From NCBI GenBank assembly GCA_963663385.2, contig CAXXXD010000002.1, forward strand, positions 32,001-96,000: 64,000 nt of DNA, read 5' to 3'. The notes under the pieces are model-generated. The model did no database searches and was not told where the DNA came from. It saw nothing but the letters and a program-made list of their open reading frames with translations. Numbering within the stretch: position 1 is the first letter of the stretch; every line of letters begins with the position of its first letter. The translations under genes were made by a program, and so were the position numbers. This DNA comes from Oceanispirochaeta sp. Lineage in GTDB: Bacteria > Spirochaetota > Spirochaetia > DSM-2461. Shown piece after piece: positions 1-8,322 of the stretch.

Positions 1-450
1 CTTGAAGATGCCATGGACGTTCATGAAGAACTCATCCGCAACCGGGTGATTATGAACTTCAACCAGGATGGTGTTTCTGTAAAGCAGGTGCTGGCCAGCA
101 TCAAGGCAATGATGGAAAACGGTCAGCGAGGTACAGACGCTGTTATTGTAGACGGATACGATTTTACTAAAGGAACTGCCGAGGACATTAAACAGTTCAA
201 GGCATTTGCTGTGGAATCTGATATAGAGTTGTGGTTCAGCGACACCTACACTGAGGGTGAGGTTAACGTGGATGACAGGGGTGTCCCCAAAAACCTGATT
301 AAAGATCTTGATGATATTGCCGTAGTGGTAACTCTCAGGGCTGAGCAGGGCTTTATGATTCTGAAACTGGTGAAGGAACATGACAAAATCGTGTCAGAGG
401 ATCTGTCTTTAAAGCTGGATCCCAAAACTTTACTTATAGCTGAAATGTGA
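1..450 (+). CDS. 5'-truncated protein, possibly the C-terminus of a RecA/KaiC-like ATPase fold
   Basis: Frame is open from the window edge; Walker-B-like AVIVDG; followed by a terminator. Confidence 0.5.
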   Translation, partial: LEDAMDVHEELIRNRVIMNFNQDGVSVKQVLASIKAMMENGQRGTDAVIVDGYDFTKGTAEDIKQFKAFAVESDIELWFSDTYTEGEVNVDDRGVPKNLIKDLDDIAVVVTLRAEQGFMILKLVKEHDKIVSEDLSLKLDPKTLLIAEM

Positions 451-471
451 TTCATCGATAATTAGCCAGTT

Positions 472-502
472 AGGACTGCTTCTTCGGAGGCAGTCCTTTT
501 TT
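472..502 (+). terminator. Intrinsic terminator
   Basis: AGGACTGCTTC-TTCG-GAGGCAGTCCT stem with a cUUCGg loop, then a T-run. Confidence 0.9.
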
Positions 503-546
503 AAATTTATCCTATGTGGTAATATTCACGGGGGATCAGATAACGG

Positions 547-1047
547 GTGAGAAAGGATAGCTACTATACACTGGAATTTCAGTTCGATAAAAGTTCTGAA
601 GGATTGGATCATCTCTTTCCATCCATTGAACTGTTAATACGTTCTCTCGAAAACATTGATCGTTTTCTGGTTGCCGCGGTTGGCTACGATTTAAACTATA
701 AGCGTTATCTTAAAAATATCGGAGAAGATTCCTTTACCTTTTCCATTCGTGTCAGGCTTTTTCAACCGGTTCAGATTGCTCTCGGCCAGAATTTCCCCTT
801 TGATGATGTCCGGTTATGGATGGAAAAGGGACGGCAGCTTTTTGTTGATCGTGCCAATAAAGAAGATCCGGATCCCGTTGATGACAAGGAGCTGGGACAA
901 GCCCTGGAAGGGCTGATTCACAGGTATAATCTGGACAATACCATCCTTTACAGCAGCCCCAGCGGTACTGATCTGAAGGCATTATCCGATGATTTGAATA
1001 ATGCTGTATCTTTTCTGGGCGGGAAGGCCCTGGTTAACCAGCGTTAA
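547..1047 (+). CDS. Hypothetical protein
   Basis: 166-aa ORF, GTG start, no motif recognised. Confidence 0.55.
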   Translation: MRKDSYYTLEFQFDKSSEGLDHLFPSIELLIRSLENIDRFLVAAVGYDLNYKRYLKNIGEDSFTFSIRVRLFQPVQIALGQNFPFDDVRLWMEKGRQLFVDRANKEDPDPVDDKELGQALEGLIHRYNLDNTILYSSPSGTDLKALSDDLNNAVSFLGGKALVNQR

Positions 1048-1210
1048 TTGTTGAAGAGATTCCCTGGAAGGCGGATTTTATCCTGTCATTCTTGAGGCTC
1101 AGTTCTCTTAAAGATCCTTTAATCCGGTTTGTGGAGGATGCGCTTCGTAATTCCTTCAACTCTTTTTCTATCTGCTCGATTTCCTGTCTGATTCTTTCAT
1201 ATCGGTTCAT
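1034..1210 (-). CDS. Small coiled-coil-like protein (58 aa), absent from the ORF track
   Basis: Translated by hand: MNRYERIRQEIEQIEKELKELRSASS...INAG; AGGAG SD upstream. Confidence 0.55.
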   Translation of the reverse strand: MNRYERIRQEIEQIEKELKELRSASSTNRIKGSLRELSLKNDRIKSAFQGISSTINAG

Positions 1211-1329
1211 ATCGTGGATACTCCTAATATGAATATCGGAGAATGAAAAATATTATTGAGGATTCTCTGGAATTTCATTCCTTTTCTGATTATTATAATT
1301 CTCATAAACCCTGAAAGAGGAGGCGTACC

Positions 1330-1524
1330 ATGTCGATTCTTGATGATGATGATTTTGATGAAAATACTATGTCCCTTGATGATCTTGAACCAGAAGAAGA
1401 TGATGATGCTGATGATGATTCGGATTGGGGTGATGAACTGGATGATATGGATTCTGAATCCTGGGATAAACATTACGGTGATACTGAGGAAGAACTGGAA
1501 GGTGATCCCTGGGATCTGAATTAA
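1330..1524 (+). CDS. Very acidic 64-aa protein
   Basis: GAGGAGG SD; about half D/E; stop overlaps the next start (TAATG). Confidence 0.7.
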   Translation: MSILDDDDFDENTMSLDDLEPEEDDDADDDSDWGDELDDMDSESWDKHYGDTEEELEGDPWDLN

Positions 1525-2318
1525 TGCCGGAAGCCGCAAGGGTTTTCCAGTCAATATTAAATAACGGCCCTTATGATAAGATCGATTCCCTTCTAACTTT
1601 ACTTAGCCTTGAACAAGGAGAAATCTTCTCGCTGATTTTAAGTCAGACTCTCTTGATGAGGGATGGTACCGTTCGGATACCTTCTTTTTTCCGGGACACC
1701 AGGGGAGAGCTCTCTTCCTATTCGGAATATGCTTTCTGGAAGACCATTTCGCTGATTAGGGAAAAGCCTCTCTGGCTTTATGGGGTTGAGCATCTGAGTT
1801 TTACCCGTTCTCCTTCAGAGGAGGAATTCCGCCTGCCCGGGAATCTGCAGTATTGTACCGCCTTGAGAAGCCTCAGTTTTGAAAACTGCGGTCTTAAGTC
1901 TTTTCCTGAGGAGATTCTGGATCTGCGTAAACTCCGGAATCTTGATCTCAGTTCGAATCATATAAAATCCATTCCCCCGGGGATAGGCAAATTCCAGCAA
2001 TTGGTGTACTTTAATGCTGCGGATAATGAGCTGAAGGAGCTCCCCGAACAGCTGGGACACTTGAGGAAATTGAAGGTTTTGGATCTGTCAGGAAACTGTC
2101 TGTCCTCCATCGGATTCTCTCTGAGCAGCTTCCACCGGTTGAACTCTCTGGACCTTTCCGGCAACAGGCTTGAGGCTGTACCGGAGGGATTGCAGAATCT
2201 GAATCAGCTTGAAAAGGTAGATTTATCATTCAATGAACTATCAGCTGAAGAAGAAGCCGCCTGGGAATCGGGTTATTATTCCATGATAAAAAACTATCAG
2301 TGGCCTCTTTCATTCTGA
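1524..2318 (+). CDS. Leucine-rich repeat protein
   Basis: Repeated LxxLDLSxNxL motifs. Confidence 0.9.
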   Translation: MPEAARVFQSILNNGPYDKIDSLLTLLSLEQGEIFSLILSQTLLMRDGTVRIPSFFRDTRGELSSYSEYAFWKTISLIREKPLWLYGVEHLSFTRSPSEEEFRLPGNLQYCTALRSLSFENCGLKSFPEEILDLRKLRNLDLSSNHIKSIPPGIGKFQQLVYFNAADNELKELPEQLGHLRKLKVLDLSGNCLSSIGFSLSSFHRLNSLDLSGNRLEAVPEGLQNLNQLEKVDLSFNELSAEEEAAWESGYYSMIKNYQWPLSF

Positions 2319-2329
2319 GGCTCTGATAC

Positions 2330-3142
2330 TTGATTCTGGAGCTGAAGAATATGGTGGATCTCTCTTTTTTTGAATACTATGAAACCCCGGTTGATGCGAA
2401 ACTCTCGCCTAGAAGGTTCTTCCTGGGAAAACGACTCTCTCTCTATCTTGATGGGGCCGGGATTGTTCTCCGCAGCAGAAAACTCTCTTTAAAAAATCAA
2501 TTCTCCGATCGTTCCTTTTTTGACGCTTCTGACAATATGAGAGAAATAATGGAAAGGCACGGCGGTAAATTCAATGTTACCGGTTTAAAGAATCTGCAGA
2601 CCCAGGGCCCCTTTGTTGTTGTGGCAAATCATATGGGAATTGCGGAAACCCAGCTTATGCCCTGGATCATAGGCAGCTTTACGCCCGTCTCCATGGTCAT
2701 GAAGGATAGTTTGTATAACTCCTGGCTTTACGGGCCTATTGCAGAGGCAACCAAGAGTATCGGGTTATCCCGTCAGAATCTCAGAGCTGATATTGACACC
2801 ATCATGACAGACGGGGGAACGCTGCTTTCAAAGGGCCGCTCCATCGTTCTCTTTCCCGAAGGGACCAGGAAGGAAGTCTTCAACCGGAAGGAGTTCAACT
2901 CCCTGGGAGTCAAACTTGCTGCCAGGGCGGGTGTTAAAGTTGTCCCTGTTGCACTTAGGACAGACTTTCTGGAAGCCGGCAGATTGAGCTCCTACCTTTG
3001 CACCATACACCCCGAGAGGACAATAAATATTGCCATAGGCGAACCTCTCCCGGTTGAGGGAAGGGGAAAGAAAGAGCATGAGGCCTGTCTGGATTTTATT
3101 GAGAAAAATCTGAGAGACTGGGGTGTTCCCATACAGGAATAG
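2330..3142 (+). CDS. Lysophospholipid acyltransferase (PlsC family)
   Basis: VVANH and LFPEGTR motifs; start may be ATG 2351. Confidence 0.85.
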   Translation: MILELKNMVDLSFFEYYETPVDAKLSPRRFFLGKRLSLYLDGAGIVLRSRKLSLKNQFSDRSFFDASDNMREIMERHGGKFNVTGLKNLQTQGPFVVVANHMGIAETQLMPWIIGSFTPVSMVMKDSLYNSWLYGPIAEATKSIGLSRQNLRADIDTIMTDGGTLLSKGRSIVLFPEGTRKEVFNRKEFNSLGVKLAARAGVKVVPVALRTDFLEAGRLSSYLCTIHPERTINIAIGEPLPVEGRGKKEHEACLDFIEKNLRDWGVPIQE

Positions 3143-3162
3143 AAACACAAAAAGGATTTATC

Positions 3163-3699
3163 ATGATTTACACTTTAAAGGGGAAAACACCCCGAATCCC
3201 GGACGATGTCGGATTTGTAGCGGATTCCGCAGATATTATTGGCGATGTATCCCTCGATAAGGGCAGTAATATCTGGTTCAATGCCGTTTTAAGAGGGGAT
3301 ATGGACGAGATAAAGATCGGAGAGAACACCAATATTCAGGATTGTGCTGTGGTTCATACGGATTTTGGTTTCTCCTGTACTCTGGGTTCCGGAGTTACCG
3401 TAGGGCATGGCGCTGTTATCCATGGTTGTAAAATAGGTAATGACTGTCTTATCGGGATGAATGCGGTAGTACTTAATGGTGCGGAAATCGGAGACAACTG
3501 TCTTGTCGGAGCAAACAGTCTGGTATCCCAGGGAATGAAAATCCCTTCCGGATCTCTGGTTCTGGGTTCTCCTGCCAAAGTGGTGAAAGACCTTAAACCA
3601 TCCATGATTGAAGCAATCCGTAAAAACGGAGCTGCCTATGGGAAAAATAGTGCGGATTATCTGGAAGGACTGAAAGCTGCAGAAGAGCTGTCGGAATAA
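3163..3699 (+). CDS. Gamma carbonic anhydrase family protein
   Basis: Hexapeptide repeats; LRGD, NIQD and GHGAVIHGC motifs. Confidence 0.92.
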   Translation: MIYTLKGKTPRIPDDVGFVADSADIIGDVSLDKGSNIWFNAVLRGDMDEIKIGENTNIQDCAVVHTDFGFSCTLGSGVTVGHGAVIHGCKIGNDCLIGMNAVVLNGAEIGDNCLVGANSLVSQGMKIPSGSLVLGSPAKVVKDLKPSMIEAIRKNGAAYGKNSADYLEGLKAAEELSE

Positions 3700-3839
3700 C
3701 CCTTTTTTCTGTTCTGCCTCTCGGCAGCCTGTTGCTTTTCAAAGACTGCCATATCCAGTAACTCCTCCATATTTTCAATCGATTCGCTCAGGAGGAGTTT
3801 TCCGTTGTAAATGTAAAAGTATTCAAACTCATACCGCAT
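3657..3839 (-). CDS. Small hypothetical protein
   Basis: ATG-started part of ORF 3657..3878 (MRYEFEYFYIYNGKLL...). Confidence 0.35.
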   Translation of the reverse strand: MRYEFEYFYIYNGKLLLSESIENMEELLDMAVFEKQQAAERQNRKKGYSDSSSAAFSPSR

Positions 3840-3957
3840 ACTTTTATTATAGTTCTTTTTTAACACTTCTCCCCACAAAACGATCGTTTTTTTTATTAAA
3901 ACAGCATTTCCCCGCTCTCATTTACAAGTGCGGAATCTTCTGAGTTCCTGACAGGGT

Positions 3958-4290
3958 TGTGGATAACTTGTTAAGATTTCGGCCGATTCTTGAATCTGCG
4001 GAGCTTCTGAATGTACAAGCTTGTGGATAACTTGGGGAAATCCTCTTTATTAATGTGGAAAACTGCTGTATTCCTAGTTAGGATATGCCTGAATAGAGGG
4101 CCTTTTTCGCTAAAATCGCCAGGGATTGACTGAAATCTCTTGAAAAATGGCATATTTGCAGAAAATCCCTGTTTATTAACATAAATAATATTGCTTGTGG
4201 ATAACTTGGGGAAAAAAAATTATAAAACAACAAAATTGAGGGCCTATATAAAAAGTAGTTTGTATAAGCCTGTGGAAAACCCGTGAATAA
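3958..4290. promoter_or_regulatory. DnaA-box cluster (candidate oriC or DnaA-titration/reactivation site)
   Basis: TGTGGATAA (reverse complement of TTATCCACA) at 3958, 4022 and 4196; TGTGGAAAA at 4054 and 4271; near-matches at 4207, 4259 and 4282; all in one orientation in AT-rich DNA. Confidence 0.75.
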
Positions 4291-4367
4291 GAATCTCAAA
4301 AGAATAATGAATTGCGTCTCTCCCGCATTCATGCTACTTTATAGACACCATAAAAGATTTTCAGGAG

Positions 4368-4820
4368 ATGTTAATGAGACGGCAGAATTCCGGTATGACT
4401 TCTTTATTCTTTCTACAGCTGGCAGTAGCGATTTTCTTCCTGATCCTGGGGTTGCAGGGGATTATGTATTCCGTCTCTCAAAACTCCGGTTTTGCCCGGG
4501 AAGTCGCCCGTCTCTTTAATCCGGAATACCCTGCTGTAAAAAACATTGAGCTTGTCTTTGGGATTTTCAGCCTTTTTTCCGGATTCCTCCTTTTGCTGGG
4601 ACTGTTCCGTTTCGGCGATTCCCGGCTGGTTACGGTTTCTTCGATTCTTATCTTTCTTTTCTGGCTGGTTCGGCTTGTAATACTGCGGTTTATGACAGAA
4701 CTGGTTGTCTTTAACGGCAATATCACTTTTCAACCGGACTTTTCAAACTGGTTGTTGAATGTGTCTATGGATACAATCATACTCTGTTCAATCTGGACCC
4801 TGGCCCGTCGTGTCCGTTAA
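4368..4820 (+). CDS. Hypothetical membrane protein
   Basis: About four hydrophobic segments; AGGAG upstream; directly before recC. Confidence 0.7.
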   Translation: MLMRRQNSGMTSLFFLQLAVAIFFLILGLQGIMYSVSQNSGFAREVARLFNPEYPAVKNIELVFGIFSLFSGFLLLLGLFRFGDSRLVTVSSILIFLFWLVRLVILRFMTELVVFNGNITFQPDFSNWLLNVSMDTIILCSIWTLARRVR

Positions 4821-4836
4821 GGACTGTATCAGGTGA

Positions 4837-7800
4837 ATGTCTCAGTATAGAATCTATAAGAGTAACTCTCTTTCCGGTCTGGTAGCCCGTTACCCTGGAA
4901 TCCTTACTCCATCCAGTCTTTTCGATAACTCACTTCTTCTGGTTGTTCAGAACCGGAATATGGGAGAGTGGCTGAAACTGGAACTGGCTGCCCATAGGGG
5001 CGTCAGCGCCGATTTCGCCTATGTCATGCCGGAGAAAGGTTTGCGGGAATTCTGCGGTGGATACCCTTCTGCCAGAGCTCTTCTGGGAGAGGGAGACCGG
5101 GAGAAACCCGTACTCTTTCTGGATAATCTGAAACTTATAATGTACTACACCCTGGATGAACTGCTGAACCGCAGAGAGAAGATTGATCCGGTTTACAGGG
5201 ATCTGTACCGCTACATTCAGGCCGGTGATCCGGTCGATGAAAGGGAGCTGACACAGGTCCGGACCGGACGTCTCTTCGAACTGGCGGACAGTATTGCCGG
5301 TTTATTTTTTCACTATGGTATGAACTGCCGGGATCTGATCTCCTACTGGGAGCGGGATCAGTTTTTCCCCGGTATGCCGGCTGTTTTACAAAAGCACGAA
5401 AACTGGCAGAAGCAGCTGTGGAATCATCTTTTCCATCCTGATCAGTCCTACCTCCATCTCAGTCAGCTTCTGACGGAGATAATGACCAGGGGCGATTCCT
5501 ATGACGGACCCTGTAAAAGGGTTGTACTGTTCGGGTCCTCCTTCCTGGGGGATACGGGACTGAAGTTTTTCCATCACCTGTCAAAAAGCATCAGGGTAGA
5601 TCATTTTATACTCTCTCCCTCAAGAGTTTATTCAAACTGGAGCGGAGAGGTCCGAAACAGCCTGCTGAAAAGCTGGAGTACCCTGATCGGCGGATTCGCT
5701 ACTCTTTCGGAGGGGTTTGAAGGCGCTGAGCATCAGGATGAGTACCTGTCCAGCCCGGGAGACTCTCTTTTGAACTCTCTGCAGAATGATATACTTGAGG
5801 ACCGGCAGGAAACCGGGAAAACCGCCGTCCGGGAGGATGACGATTCCATCAGGATCCATACGTTTACCTCTTCCTGGCGGGAAGTGGAAGTCCTGAAAGA
5901 CCTTATCCTGAATGCCCTCAACGAGGATGAGTCCCTCAAACTGACAGATATCTGTGTACTGGCTCCCGATATCAATGAATATGCTCCCTTTCTGGAAGCC
6001 CTTTTTCCAGCCTGGCAGGGGGATTATCCGGGCCGTGATTCCCTTTCCTATAATATAGTGGACCTTAAGGGATCTCCCGATACACCTTTCATTCAGGGGT
6101 TTTCGGCCCTTTTTAATCTGCCCGGGGAACGTTTTACACGTAAGGAACTGTTTCAGCTCTTTGATAATCCCTGTTTCTGCGAAACCTTTCAGGTTAACCG
6201 GCAGGAGCGGGATTTCTGGCTTCAGCTTTGTGAAGACCTCAATATGAAATGGGGGCTGAATGAAACCCATAAAAGGGATTTCTACCCGGAAGCCAGCGGA
6301 TTCAACTCCTGGGAGGAAGGGTTCCGCCGTTTGATGGACGGCTTTTTCCTGGAAGATGAAGAGGACAATTCCCTGCCGTACGGACTGAGTGATGAAACCG
6401 GGAACCAGAGTGCCGGAAAGCTGATCGGTGTCGTGGAAAATCTTTTTGCCGATTTTCATGAGCTGAACAATATAGCCCTCCCCCTGGAGCAGTGGGTGCT
6501 CTTGGCGGAAGCCATGATGGAGAGCTATATCACTGTCAGAGACGGGAATTTTCAGGACCAGAAGGACCGCTGGCAGTTGAAGGGTATATTCCGGGATCTC
6601 CTGAATCTGGCGGATGATTCCCGGGTGAACGAGAAACAGGACCTGAATTTTACAGTTTTCCGCATACTCCTCAACGAGTTTATCCGGAAATCCGGCGGAG
6701 AGAGGGGACGATACCTGACACAGGGGATAACCTGTTCTTCCCTTATGCCCCTGAGGGCTATCCCCTTCAGGCGAATCTATGTTCTGGGACTGAATGAGAA
6801 TGCCTTTCCGGGAGAAGATCTCAGCCTGGGGTTTGATCTGAGGGAAGTTGTGCAGCAGACCATTGATCTTTCCCGAAGGGGGAGTGACAAGTACGCCTTT
6901 CTTGAAACCCTTCTTTCGGCCGGAGACTCTCTGACCCTCTTCTATAAAGATCGGGATCCGGTCCGGGGAGAAGCCCTGCAGCCCTCTGTTCTGATCAGCG
7001 AACTCCTGGAGTATCTGGATTTTCATTTTACTTTTCCCGGCGGAGTATCTCCGGAGGAGTGGCTCATCCGGAAAGAGTCCATTCACGATTATGATGAGCG
7101 TTACTTTAACGGAGAGGCCGGATTCCTGTCCTTCAATGCCAGGGCACTGAAGAGCGCCCGTATTGCCATGGGGCTGCATTCCGATGCGGAAAACCCTCTC
7201 TGCCTGAAGGGGGCAGCCGGAGAAGCCAGGGACCTGCTGACTATTGCAGATCTTGAACAGTTTCTTCAGAATCCCGCATCCTATTATTTCAGGAAATCCC
7301 TGGGGATCTACCTGGAGGAGGAGGTAAACCGGGAAGAGGACAGCCTGGAGAACTGGGAGTCCGGCTTTATGGACCGCTACCGTTTTCTGAGCTCCCTGCT
7401 GGAAGCCCCATCCTGTCTGAAGGATCCGGAGATAATGCATACCTGGCTGGCGGATAGGCAGAAGAGGGGGTTCCTCCCCGATTCGGAGCTTATCTTTCTG
7501 GAAAAGGACTACTATTCAGGCCGATTGGATGACCTGAGGAATCAGCTGGAGGAGAAAGGGCTGCCTGACGGCCTTCCCTCACCGCGGGATTTCCTGATTG
7601 ATCCCGAAAGCGCTCCTCCCCGGAAGAGCAGGGGCTTTTTCGTGAATGAAGAAGATCGTACTTCCGTTCTGATCCCGGGGCTGGCCTTTGAGACCGGGGA
7701 GCGGGGAGTGATCCGGATGGCAGGGCAGCTCCGGGAGTTGAGTCCCCTGCCTGATGAGGCGGGAATATGGGGTACCATCGAGTACTGCGAATCGGGGTCC

Positions 7801-8322
7801 CCGGGGATACGTCATTTTCTGAAATCCTTTATCAAGGCCCTTTTTATGGACACCCTTGGCAGAGAGGGCTATATCGATCCTGTAGGAGCGCTGCGGCTGT
7901 ATCAGTTCGGGAAACGGTCCTACCCTCTGCGCCATTTTCTTCTCAACCCGTCCTCCGGGACCTTCGAGTCCGGGGGTGTCCCGCTTACGGGCCCGCAGGA
8001 AAGAATCGGCACTCTTATCCGCTTCTGTCTGGATCAGCTTGAGGACCCCCTGATGCTCTATCCGGAGATAGGAGAGAGTCTGGGGGCTTCCCTGGCTGCC
8101 AGGCCGGAACTGTCGGATAATGAACTGCTTGCTCTGTGGAAGGATAACTGGGTACGTCTGGCTGTTTCCGATTCTTACGGGGGATTCAGTCCCTTTGCCA
8201 ACTGCCCCTACCGGCAGCAGTTTTTGAGTGCTCCACCTGAAACCGATCCCGGCAGACTCAGGGAACTGCTTGAAATAATCTACCTTCCGTTTTTTAAAAA
8301 GGAAGTGAACCATGAAACCTGA
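4837..8322 (+). CDS. recC: Exodeoxyribonuclease V gamma subunit
   Basis: REVEVLKD, DICVLAPDI and PLRAIPFR motifs; first gene of recC-recB-recD. Confidence 0.9.
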   Translation: MSQYRIYKSNSLSGLVARYPGILTPSSLFDNSLLLVVQNRNMGEWLKLELAAHRGVSADFAYVMPEKGLREFCGGYPSARALLGEGDREKPVLFLDNLKLIMYYTLDELLNRREKIDPVYRDLYRYIQAGDPVDERELTQVRTGRLFELADSIAGLFFHYGMNCRDLISYWERDQFFPGMPAVLQKHENWQKQLWNHLFHPDQSYLHLSQLLTEIMTRGDSYDGPCKRVVLFGSSFLGDTGLKFFHHLSKSIRVDHFILSPSRVYSNWSGEVRNSLLKSWSTLIGGFATLSEGFEGAEHQDEYLSSPGDSLLNSLQNDILEDRQETGKTAVREDDDSIRIHTFTSSWREVEVLKDLILNALNEDESLKLTDICVLAPDINEYAPFLEALFPAWQGDYPGRDSLSYNIVDLKGSPDTPFIQGFSALFNLPGERFTRKELFQLFDNPCFCETFQVNRQERDFWLQLCEDLNMKWGLNETHKRDFYPEASGFNSWEEGFRRLMDGFFLEDEEDNSLPYGLSDETGNQSAGKLIGVVENLFADFHELNNIALPLEQWVLLAEAMMESYITVRDGNFQDQKDRWQLKGIFRDLLNLADDSRVNEKQDLNFTVFRILLNEFIRKSGGERGRYLTQGITCSSLMPLRAIPFRRIYVLGLNENAFPGEDLSLGFDLREVVQQTIDLSRRGSDKYAFLETLLSAGDSLTLFYKDRDPVRGEALQPSVLISELLEYLDFHFTFPGGVSPEEWLIRKESIHDYDERYFNGEAGFLSFNARALKSARIAMGLHSDAENPLCLKGAAGEARDLLTIADLEQFLQNPASYYFRKSLGIYLEEEVNREEDSLENWESGFMDRYRFLSSLLEAPSCLKDPEIMHTWLADRQKRGFLPDSELIFLEKDYYSGRLDDLRNQLEEKGLPDGLPSPRDFLIDPESAPPRKSRGFFVNEEDRTSVLIPGLAFETGERGVIRMAGQLRELSPLPDEAGIWGTIEYCESGSPGIRHFLKSFIKALFMDTLGREGYIDPVGALRLYQFGKRSYPLRHFLLNPSSGTFESGGVPLTGPQERIGTLIRFCLDQLEDPLMLYPEIGESLGASLAARPELSDNELLALWKDNWVRLAVSDSYGGFSPFANCPYRQQFLSAPPETDPGRLRELLEIIYLPFFKKEVNHET

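Noticed and set aside
1207..1554. Met-rich and Ile-rich ORFs in other frames
   Set aside because: By-products of the GAT codon runs in the acidic peptide gene.
3971..4519. Short ORFs across the DnaA-box region
   Set aside because: No SD or motifs seen; better explained as non-coding AT-rich DNA or overlap with the next gene.
5632..7440. 602-aa antisense ORF, and similar ones such as 24483..25577
   Set aside because: Shadow frames opposite well-supported genes, with no recognisable motifs.
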